A stretch of 64,000 bases of DNA from Crocinitomicaceae bacterium (GTDB lineage: Bacteria > Bacteroidota > Bacteroidia > Flavobacteriales_D > Crocinitomicaceae): positions 4,616 through 68,615 of the forward strand of contig JALQYQ010000044.1 in assembly GCA_023262855.1 (NCBI GenBank). Direction: 5' to 3'. The notes beneath the pieces are model-generated. The model did not search any database and was not told the DNA's origin. It worked only from the letters and a program-made list of their open reading frames with translations. Both the position numbers and the translations under genes were made by a program. This document shows positions 19,678 through 26,848 of the stretch, piece by piece. Within the stretch, counting starts at the first letter, position 1, and each line of letters starts with the position of its first letter.

Positions 19678-19704
19678 TATGCATTGAAAAAACAACTATC
19701 ATCT

Positions 19705-19734
19705 TTGTTCTTCACGCTTTTTTCTCTACTTTTG
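19705..19734 (+). promoter_or_regulatory. Bacteroidota-type promoter of ffh (-33 TTG, -7 TActTTTG)
   Basis: TTG at 19705-19707 and TAnnTTTG at 19727-19734, with a 19-nt spacer, 21 nt upstream of the ffh ATG. Confidence 0.5.
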
Positions 19735-19754
19735 CACACTAAAATCGAAATAAA

Positions 19755-21104
19755 ATGTTTGAAAATCTTACCGATAAGTTTGAAAGAGCGTTTAAAGTTC
19801 TAAAAGGACATGGACAAATAACAGAAATCAACGTTGCTGAAACCTTGAAAGAAGTGCGCCGTGCCTTGTTAGATGCCGACGTTAACTTTAAAACAGCGAA
19901 AGATTTTACAAACACCGTTAAAGAAAAAGCCCTTGGTCGCGATGTATTGAAAGCGGTTTCTCCAGGTCAGTTGATGGTTAAAATCTGCCACGAAGAATTG
20001 GTGGAATTAATGGGAGGAAACGAATCTGAAATCAACATCAAAGGAAATCCTGGGATTATTTTGATGTCAGGTCTTCAAGGTTCTGGTAAAACTACTTTCT
20101 CTGGAAAGTTAGCGAGCTACTTGAAAACGAAAAAAGGCAAAAATGTATTGTTAGTTGCCTGTGACGTTTACCGTCCTGCTGCGATTGATCAGTTACATGT
20201 CTTGGGAGAACAACTTTCAGTAGAAGTGTACTCCAACAAAGAAGAAAAAGATCCTGTTAAAATTGCGCAAGCTGCGATTCAACACGCGAAAAGCAAAGGA
20301 TTCAACGTTGTTATTGTCGATACTGCTGGACGTTTAGCAATCGATGAGCAAATGATGGATGAAATTGCACGTGTTAAAGAAGCAATTCAACCAACTGAGA
20401 CCTTGTTTGTGGTGGATTCCATGACAGGACAAGATGCAGTGAATACAGCAAAAGCATTTAACGAAAAAATTAACTTCGACGGAGTTGTTTTAACGAAATT
20501 AGACGGTGATACACGCGGTGGAGCTGCCTTATCGATTAAAGCAATCGTTGAGAAACCAATTAAGTTTGTCGGAACAGGCGAGAAGATGGATGCCTTGGAT
20601 GTATTCTATCCGCAACGTATGGCCGATCGTATTCTTGGAATGGGTGACGTTGTATCCTTGGTAGAACGTGCACAAGAACAATTCGACGAAGAAGAGGCGC
20701 GCAAACTTCAAAAACGCATTCAAAAAGATCAATTCGATTTCAACGATTTCTTGGGTCAATTGCAACAAATCAAGAAAATGGGGAATGTGAAGGATTTGAT
20801 GGGCATGATTCCAGGAATGGGGAAAGCCATGAAAGATGTTGACATTCAAGACGACGCTTTCAAGCACATCGAAGCAATTATCTTATCAATGACGCCGCAA
20901 GAGCGCGCAAATCCAGGACTCATCAATGGTCAACGTAAAAACCGTTTGGCAAAAGGTAGTGGAACGAACATTCAAGAAGTGAACAAACTGATGAAACAGT
21001 TCGAAGACACGAAAAAGATGATGAAAATGATGAGCAATCCGAAGAACATGATGTCCATGATGAAACAAATGAAGGGCATGAAAGGCGGAATGCCGGGAAT
21101 GTGA
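19755..21104 (+). CDS. ffh: Signal recognition particle protein Ffh
   Basis: 449 aa. NG domain with GLQGSGKTT and DTAGR motifs, and a Met-rich M domain tail. Confidence 0.95.
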   Translation: MFENLTDKFERAFKVLKGHGQITEINVAETLKEVRRALLDADVNFKTAKDFTNTVKEKALGRDVLKAVSPGQLMVKICHEELVELMGGNESEINIKGNPGIILMSGLQGSGKTTFSGKLASYLKTKKGKNVLLVACDVYRPAAIDQLHVLGEQLSVEVYSNKEEKDPVKIAQAAIQHAKSKGFNVVIVDTAGRLAIDEQMMDEIARVKEAIQPTETLFVVDSMTGQDAVNTAKAFNEKINFDGVVLTKLDGDTRGGAALSIKAIVEKPIKFVGTGEKMDALDVFYPQRMADRILGMGDVVSLVERAQEQFDEEEARKLQKRIQKDQFDFNDFLGQLQQIKKMGNVKDLMGMIPGMGKAMKDVDIQDDAFKHIEAIILSMTPQERANPGLINGQRKNRLAKGSGTNIQEVNKLMKQFEDTKKMMKMMSNPKNMMSMMKQMKGMKGGMPGM

Positions 21105-21172
21105 TTTAGAACATGGAGCATAGATCATAGAGCATACCTGCCTGTCGTAGCCTCCAGCGCAGACAGGGATTT
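21105..21172. repeat. Heptamer run (agcatag atcatag agcatac) plus a GC-rich hairpin core (cctgtc...gacagg); inverted homologue of 30820-30921
   Basis: Starts immediately after the ffh stop. The reverse complement of 21131-21172 matches 30816-30857 at about 33 of 42 positions by hand alignment. Confidence 0.8.
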
Positions 21173-21224
21173 GAACCAAATAAATCGTTTGTTTAATGAT
21201 TTAATGTGTTAAACCATTATAATA

Positions 21225-21276
21225 GTAGGGACGTTGGGGTCATCGAGCTTGTCGAGATGTCGCGTCCCTTTTTTAT
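21225..21276 (+). terminator. Possible terminator hairpin (agggacg ... cgtccct followed by T6)
   Basis: 7-bp stem with an unusually large ~27-nt loop, followed by tttttt. It lies 120 nt downstream of ffh. Confidence 0.3.
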
Positions 21277-21411
21277 TTAATGTATTTCTAAATGCATTAG
21301 AGTGCGGTGGTTGAGCTTATCAAAGTAACATCTCCATTCGATATTGATCATTCAACTAATATGAAATTAAGCTATATTTGAAATGATTTTTGAGGCTTAA
21401 TCTATTTTACA

Positions 21412-21825
21412 ATGAAAACAATCCTAACTTTTTTAATCATTCCGGTATTTGCATTGATTGCTTGTGGCAACTCCTTTTTACCAGATGAAAAAATAAATAT
21501 TGTCGAAGAAGCAAATAAAATTGCTGTTGTGCTAAAAACAAAAAGCGAAAGAAAAATTGCTAAAATATGCACAGAGAAAGGCTTGAAAAGCTTGGAGGAA
21601 TGGACTCATTCTTTTAAGAATGACCAATTGATGACAGTTATAACGGATAAGTTAGCAAGTAAACGATTTGTTTACACTGTTTCAGAATCAAGTGTTTATA
21701 CTATCGATATTAGTGAAGAAGAAATGAACGATGGAGATAATGTTGGACGTATTATTCTTATTGTTCAAAATGGGAAAGTACTTATCGATGGATACGAAGG
21801 TGGTTTTTCGGTAAATATGGATTGA
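21412..21825 (+). CDS. Hypothetical lipoprotein
   Basis: Lipobox FALIACGN after a hydrophobic leader. No recognisable domain. Confidence 0.45.
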   Translation: MKTILTFLIIPVFALIACGNSFLPDEKINIVEEANKIAVVLKTKSERKIAKICTEKGLKSLEEWTHSFKNDQLMTVITDKLASKRFVYTVSESSVYTIDISEEEMNDGDNVGRIILIVQNGKVLIDGYEGGFSVNMD

Positions 21826-21918
21826 ATAGCAGAAGTTGGATTCAGTTTTTAGTAGAAAGTGCTATTGATAACAATCAAAAGTACATTAAACATTTAAAAT
21901 GTAGACAGTAAAAGAAAA

Positions 21919-22200
21919 ATGACTTTTTCAACAATTTCCGTTTTACTTTTTTTTCTTTTCTATTATAGAAAGCAAGTAATCTTTTCGCGTTTTGTGGCTG
22001 GTTTACGTTATAAATATAAAGCTGAAACATGGCATTCAGGATTCTTTGCAGATCGAAAACTAATTCGCGTATTAAATCCCGAAGACAAAGTGGTTTTCAA
22101 GGAAAAAGCAAAAAAGTTGGATCGTTTATTTTTATATTTTCTACTTTATACAATTTTTATTTTCATGTTATCTGGAATTATATTTAAAGGAAAGTTATGA
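21919..22200 (+). CDS. Hypothetical small membrane protein (2 TM)
   Basis: 93 aa with hydrophobic N- and C-terminal segments. Its TGA stop overlaps a downstream ATG (ATGA). Confidence 0.4.
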   Translation: MTFSTISVLLFFLFYYRKQVIFSRFVAGLRYKYKAETWHSGFFADRKLIRVLNPEDKVVFKEKAKKLDRLFLYFLLYTIFIFMLSGIIFKGKL

Positions 22201-22273
22201 AAGAATATAACCAAAAAAAATAGTTGTTTTCATTGCCTTATTTTTTGTAGTTGCATTTGTATTTGAAAAATTA

Positions 22274-22513
22274 ATGTATGTGAGTTCAGAATTTGGATGT
22301 GGAAAATTCGTTTATTCAAGTGAGACGAGAGGGGCGACCTATTTTCATTACATTGTTACAATAGATGGTGAACAAAGAAAGGGATCAATATCAAAAAGTG
22401 AATTGAAAGTTAAATACTTGCCTGAGTTGAAGAAATTTGATTGTATCAAAGTGGAATATTCATTAATAAATGGATATTTTATGCGTGTTGTTGATCAGCG
22501 AATTTTTGAGTGA
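22274..22513 (+). CDS. Hypothetical 79-aa ORF as called from the first in-frame ATG; probably the middle part of a larger broken gene
   Basis: ORF track. The upstream frame is open back to 22211 and encodes a TM-like segment. Confidence 0.35.
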   Translation: MYVSSEFGCGKFVYSSETRGATYFHYIVTIDGEQRKGSISKSELKVKYLPELKKFDCIKVEYSLINGYFMRVVDQRIFE

Positions 22514-22615
22514 AAATTGTACTACCAACATTCTAAATCTATTCACCACGGCCGACTAACTCCTAAAAGAAACTCCAAACCACGAACTGTTAGTAAACAG
22601 GGAGAACAAAAAGAA

Positions 22616-22909
22616 CGCCTTGGAAACAATCCAGAAGCACGCGGACATATTCCAGAATTACTTGGAAACTTTCCAGAAGCACGCGGACATGTTCCAGAAG
22701 TACACGGACACGTTCCAGAAGTACTTGGAATCTTTCCGGAAGCACGCGGACACGTTCCAGAAACACGCGGAAACTTTCCAGAAGTACGCGGACACGTTCC
22801 AGAAGTACTCGGACACGTTCCCGAAGCACGCGGGCATGTTCCAGAAGCATGCGGACACGTTCCAAAAGCGAACGGATTCATTCCAGAACCATGCGGAAAA
22901 GAGCTAGAA
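22616..22909. repeat. Tandem repeat, 14 units of 21 bp (consensus gcacgcggacacgttccagaa)
   Basis: Units were counted base by base. All six reading frames stay open across it, which explains five ORF-track entries. In the frame of ORF 22517 it encodes (A/V)(R/L)G(H/N)(V/F)PE heptads. Confidence 0.95.
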
Positions 22910-23065
22910 GAAAAAGAAACAAAAACAGACGCTATTGGATGAATAACTGATGAATCGTGTTTACACACTTCGTGGTATAGTGACTTATTCCCCTAAAAGA
23001 TGTTTACCCATTTTTGCGAATAAAATCAGAAAATACTACCTTGTGCTAAACTTATATTGATTGCA

Positions 23066-23473
23066 ATGAATCAAATGCGAACAACCTTTTTATTTCTCTT
23101 GTTTCTTTCTGGAATTTTAGCGTCCTGCAAGAAAATCACAACACCCACGGACGAATCAAAAAAACTTTTTGGATCTTGGACCTATGATGGCAATACTGGT
23201 GGATTTACAGGAGCAGGAGGAAGCAATCGCTTTAGTGTTGATTCTTCGGTTGAATTCACCGAAAGCGGAATTTTCAAAGTCTACGTCGGTTCAGTTCAAC
23301 AAAGTCAAAAAAACTTTACAATCGAATTGAAAGAATCGATTTACGATGTCAGTCCGCGTGAAGCTTTAGTCTACGATAATGGTGAGTATGAAACGTTTCA
23401 GATTTTTAATGACACCTTGTACCTCAGTGATGAACTATATGACGGATACACTTACCGATTTATTCGAAAATAA
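23066..23473 (+). CDS. Hypothetical lipoprotein
   Basis: Lipobox ILASCKK. Start moved from TTG 23057 to ATG 23066. Confidence 0.45.
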   Translation: MNQMRTTFLFLLFLSGILASCKKITTPTDESKKLFGSWTYDGNTGGFTGAGGSNRFSVDSSVEFTESGIFKVYVGSVQQSQKNFTIELKESIYDVSPREALVYDNGEYETFQIFNDTLYLSDELYDGYTYRFIRK

Positions 23474-23488
23474 AAAGAGATTTTTATC

Positions 23489-24235
23489 ATGCTTGCGAAG
23501 CGCCTTTGGTTCTATTTTCTTTTAATCGTTGTATTCTCCTCCTGCACCAACGAAACAAGTGAAAAAACTCTTTCCAAGGAAGATCATGCCTTCATTGAAT
23601 CCTTGGGAATTTTAGCACCAGAAGAAGAAATTGAATTGTTTGAAAGCAATGGTGGTTGGGACGGAATCAAATCCGCTGGGGCGTTTATCACCTCGCAGCG
23701 TATCGCGTATTATTGGATCGAAGAAGGAGAAAAAGAAATTAACGCGGCCTTTTTTGCAACAGATATCGATTCCATTGCGCTAACGGATCTCAGCACCAAA
23801 TTAACTTACGCTTCTTACATCACAGTTTACCAACGTTCAGGTTCTTCCTTCAAGGTTTACATCGATGCCGATAGCACGCGCGTGAAAGCGTTTTATGATT
23901 TGGCGCAGGATCATTTGAAAAATAGCGGTTTCAAAAACAAACCTTTATATAACTTGAATGTAGGAGATACGCTCAATTTGTTTTTCAATGAAAATACCTT
24001 CAGTAACTATTTCCTTCCCAACCAAAATCAACTCAAGCATTTAAGCTATTTTGATAAAAAAGTTGTTGTTCCACCAGCAAAAAAAGAGTGTGAAGGATGT
24101 ACCATTACCGTTTCAAAAATGTTCATTGCCACATCTCCCGGAATTGACACCATTCTCTATAAAAGCCTTAAACCAATGCAGAATTGCAGCGACAATGTTC
24201 CAACCAAGATTCAGTGTGTTGTTAGGGTGAAGTGA
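23489..24235 (+). CDS. Hypothetical lipoprotein
   Basis: Lipobox VFSSCTN. 248 aa, no recognisable domain. Confidence 0.45.
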   Translation: MLAKRLWFYFLLIVVFSSCTNETSEKTLSKEDHAFIESLGILAPEEEIELFESNGGWDGIKSAGAFITSQRIAYYWIEEGEKEINAAFFATDIDSIALTDLSTKLTYASYITVYQRSGSSFKVYIDADSTRVKAFYDLAQDHLKNSGFKNKPLYNLNVGDTLNLFFNENTFSNYFLPNQNQLKHLSYFDKKVVVPPAKKECEGCTITVSKMFIATSPGIDTILYKSLKPMQNCSDNVPTKIQCVVRVK

Positions 24236-24260
24236 GTTGGTAAAAAGAATTAGGCACCGG

Positions 24261-24296
24261 CGCTTCGACCCTTCAAGGACCTCAGGGTCCGAAGCG
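24261..24296 (+). terminator. GC-rich hairpin downstream of 23489-24235 (cgcttcgaccc / gggtccgaagcg)
   Basis: 11-12 bp stem with one bulge and a 13-nt loop. There is no T-tract, so terminator function is uncertain. Confidence 0.3.
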
Positions 24297-24309
24297 AACT
24301 CTTTCCTCT

Positions 24310-24413
24310 AATCACAAATCACAACCGCCGAAGGCAGCACCGCAGGTAATCACGAATCACGAATCACAACCGCCGAAGGCAGCACCGCAGGTAATCACAA
24401 ATCACGAATTATT
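24310..24413. repeat. Two tandem 45-bp units: 24-nt core accgccgaaggcagcaccgcaggt plus three aatcacN heptamers, preceded by two heptamers
   Basis: The cores at 24324-24347 and 24369-24392 are identical, and related to the core at 11181-11206. Confidence 0.9.
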
Positions 24414-24446
24414 ACTAAATTTATCCATTCGCGCCCCTGGGCATTC

Positions 24447-25211
24447 ATGAAGCTTCATACCAAACCAGCCAAAATGGAAAAAGAAACGATAGCACAAAGT
24501 ACAATTCCTCCCTACGAGGAACCGATTATAGATCAAAGGATTAAGAGCGCAAGTTTAGCGCCGCACCCAGATTCACGCTTGGATACCCAAATCATGAAGT
24601 TTCATCCGATCAGTGATGCGACAATTGCATTTCGTGATGAAACAAGCCCAGAAACTAAACGTGAAAGCATTCGCCAATTAATTGAGAAATTAGATGTGAC
24701 GAAATCCTTGCGCTATGAACGTACAGTAGAAGATACGTATTGCAATGTTTATTCCTACGATTTTTGTTATTTCTCGAAAGTGTATTTGCCAACAGTTTGG
24801 TGGACACCAGAATCGCTTGAACGCGTCTTGAACGGAGAGGAAGTTGTACCAGTTATGAATGAAACGGTTGAACCAATTTATTCCAGTGCAATTCACGATT
24901 GGTTCTTGAAATGGGGAGCAAGCTTTGGTTGGAAACGCATGAGCAGCCTTGATGAAATTCAAGCGAAAGTGAACGCAGAAGGTGGAATTGGAATGATTTG
25001 CGCCAAACGTAAAATCCGCGGATTGTCAGGACACATTGTTCCGATTGTTCCTGAAACAAAGAAGAAAAAAGCGTACCGTGTGGATGGAGTAGTGCTCTAT
25101 CCTTTGCAATCGCAAGCCGGAAAGTTGAATTACACCTATTTCGCGAAAGCTCGAAAAGACTGGTGGAATCATGAGCGCTATTCTTCTCATGTGTTCTATT
25201 ACCATGATTAA
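24447..25211 (+). CDS. Hypothetical cytoplasmic protein, candidate papain-like/NlpC-P60-like Cys-His amidase
   Basis: No signal peptide. It has the candidate nucleophile context TYCNVYSYDFCYF and a downstream LSGHIVPIVPE. The assignment rests on pattern only. Confidence 0.3.
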   Translation: MKLHTKPAKMEKETIAQSTIPPYEEPIIDQRIKSASLAPHPDSRLDTQIMKFHPISDATIAFRDETSPETKRESIRQLIEKLDVTKSLRYERTVEDTYCNVYSYDFCYFSKVYLPTVWWTPESLERVLNGEEVVPVMNETVEPIYSSAIHDWFLKWGASFGWKRMSSLDEIQAKVNAEGGIGMICAKRKIRGLSGHIVPIVPETKKKKAYRVDGVVLYPLQSQAGKLNYTYFAKARKDWWNHERYSSHVFYYHD

Positions 25212-25264
25212 ATAAACAGGGATTTAATCAACAACTATCAACATTAATAAGTCAATCAGCATCA

Positions 25265-26755
25265 ATGAGCGTGAATCAAAAAAATAAAATCTATTGGGGA
25301 ATTGGATTAGAAAACGAAACCTATTTGCAATTCGAAAACGCATTGGAGGTTTCTGGTACCTTCGTTCAGGAGAAAATTGGCTGCGAACGTTACAGCATCG
25401 ATTACCGCAAATGTTACCAATCAGGAAGTTTAGCACCTGTGTTGGAAGCGGGTTTCGACAAAAATAAAACGTATACGGTGACGCGCATGATCAACAGTCA
25501 CTCGCTCGATAAAATTGATTTAAATTACCAACATAGAACTGTAGCTTTGACAAATCCATTGGTCGATAATCCAGCGTTTTTAGGGAAATCGATTTTGGAA
25601 GTGTTCTTGGAAGGACAACCATACAACATTAAAAGCATGTTAACGCAGAAAAACAATCCGATGGGTTCTGTCAATTTTGATGGCGATTCGATTGAATTTG
25701 TGACGAAATACTTTGAAAATAGAACCATTACTGAATCGTGCGATGAATTAAAAGCAACGAAAAAATTGTTCATCGATAAACTCAACGAATCAGAAGTTTT
25801 GGGAGAAAAATTGCATTTCCCTGATTACAATAGCGGACTGAACATGTTCATGTCGAACCAAGAAAACATTGTCTTGTTCAACAACGGAACGTACCACATT
25901 CATTTGACTTTGCCGACGTTGACGGAACACAGTCGCATCGTTGATTACCCAAAATTTGATGCTGTTCATTCCAACGCAATTTATTTGTTGCAATGGTTTG
26001 AGCCTTTGTTCATCGCGACTTTGGGCAGTCCAGATATTATGGCGGTAATCAGTCAAAAGTACAACTTGAACCAGAAATTTGCGATGGGCTCCATGCGTAA
26101 CGCAATGTCGCGCTACACCGGCGTTGGTACGTTCAATAAATCAATGGCGAAAGGGAAAATTTTGACGTATCAAGTCGAAGAATTCAGAAAGTTGTTGAAG
26201 TTCGAAAAAGAAGAAAATATTTGGTGGCGCGATCAAATCGAACATGCCTTGGATTACGATTTATTGTCGGATATCGGTCTCGATTTCAATCAAGAGAAAA
26301 TGTACCAAAGTGGATTTGAATTCCGCAGTTTCGATGAGTTCCCGATTGATAATTTCAAGGATGTTCTTTTGGCAATTGTTATCATTTGTGAGCATTCCTT
26401 GCATTTACCAGATGTGATGTGGGGACACGACAGCGTTGTTTGGAACAATTTGGTTTTCAAATCCTTGAAAGACGGTTTCGCAACTGAAATCAACCAAGAA
26501 GAAAAAGAAGCAGTATTGGAATTGTTGAACTTATCGAATACAATTGATTCAGGCCTAAAAGCTGAATTTGACACCCTTGCGCACCTTGATGCATTCTTCT
26601 TCAAAATCTTGGAAGTCTTACACGATATGTACAAAGACAACAACACCTGTATCGATGCCTTGTGTGGCGAAAAAACGCATGCAGCACCACGTTGGGAAAA
26701 CTTCAACAAGTATCAGATTGAACAGCATTTGAAGCAGATTGAGGGGAAGAACTAA
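25265..26755 (+). CDS. Distant glutamate-cysteine ligase / carboxylate-amine ligase (GS-like amidoligase) superfamily candidate
   Basis: Its ordered motifs parallel the GCS2/YbdK-type pattern:
- WGIGLENETYL (GIELE-like)
- NGTYHIHLTLP (HVHVG-like)
- FIATLGSPD...GSMRNAMSRY (ALSAASP...R-like)
- GFEFRSFDEFP (VEVRxxD-like). Confidence 0.45.
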   Translation: MSVNQKNKIYWGIGLENETYLQFENALEVSGTFVQEKIGCERYSIDYRKCYQSGSLAPVLEAGFDKNKTYTVTRMINSHSLDKIDLNYQHRTVALTNPLVDNPAFLGKSILEVFLEGQPYNIKSMLTQKNNPMGSVNFDGDSIEFVTKYFENRTITESCDELKATKKLFIDKLNESEVLGEKLHFPDYNSGLNMFMSNQENIVLFNNGTYHIHLTLPTLTEHSRIVDYPKFDAVHSNAIYLLQWFEPLFIATLGSPDIMAVISQKYNLNQKFAMGSMRNAMSRYTGVGTFNKSMAKGKILTYQVEEFRKLLKFEKEENIWWRDQIEHALDYDLLSDIGLDFNQEKMYQSGFEFRSFDEFPIDNFKDVLLAIVIICEHSLHLPDVMWGHDSVVWNNLVFKSLKDGFATEINQEEKEAVLELLNLSNTIDSGLKAEFDTLAHLDAFFFKILEVLHDMYKDNNTCIDALCGEKTHAAPRWENFNKYQIEQHLKQIEGKN

Positions 26756-26848
26756 GGAGTAATTGTAGAAAACATCGAAGCAAGCGCAAGTTAATTGGCA
26801 TTTGAACATCTGAATGTAGGATTGGGCACTTTTGCTCATGTACATTAG

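Larger units (their letters stand above)
22197..22942 (+). pseudogene. Candidate disrupted or recoded gene: ATGA-coupled start, A8-tract frameshift, in-frame TGA, then a heptapeptide-repeat tail
   Basis: ATG 22197 gives MKEYNQKK then TAG. The -1 frame continues IVVFIALFFVVAFVFEKL into ORF 22274-22513. ORF 22517-22942 is in that same frame, one codon after the TGA at 22511-22513. Confidence 0.35.

Noticed and set aside
20886-21179. 97-aa His-rich minus-strand ORF.
   Set aside because: It is antisense to the Met-rich M domain of ffh (ATG read backwards gives CAT, His) and extends into the repeat element. It is a compositional artefact.
21181-21411. Possible small RNA gene (for example SRP RNA) downstream of ffh.
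   Set aside because: I could not find the conserved SRP RNA domain IV motifs. The region contains only the large-loop hairpin and an imperfect direct repeat (tcgagcttgtcgag / ttgagcttatcaaag).
22511-22513. The in-frame TGA as a selenocysteine codon.
   Set aside because: I saw no SECIS-like stem-loop immediately downstream and no redox-motif context. A nonsense mutation or readthrough is more parsimonious.
22616-22909. Possible CRISPR array, given the regular short direct repeats.
   Set aside because: The units are contiguous (period 21 bp) with no unique spacers, and no cas genes are in the window.
22543-22968. Four additional ORFs (both strands, 66-141 aa) overlapping the 21-bp tandem repeat.
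   Set aside because: They are an automatic consequence of a repeat unit with no stop codon in any frame. Only the frame of ORF 22517 shows synonymous-position variation, and none of the others has independent support.
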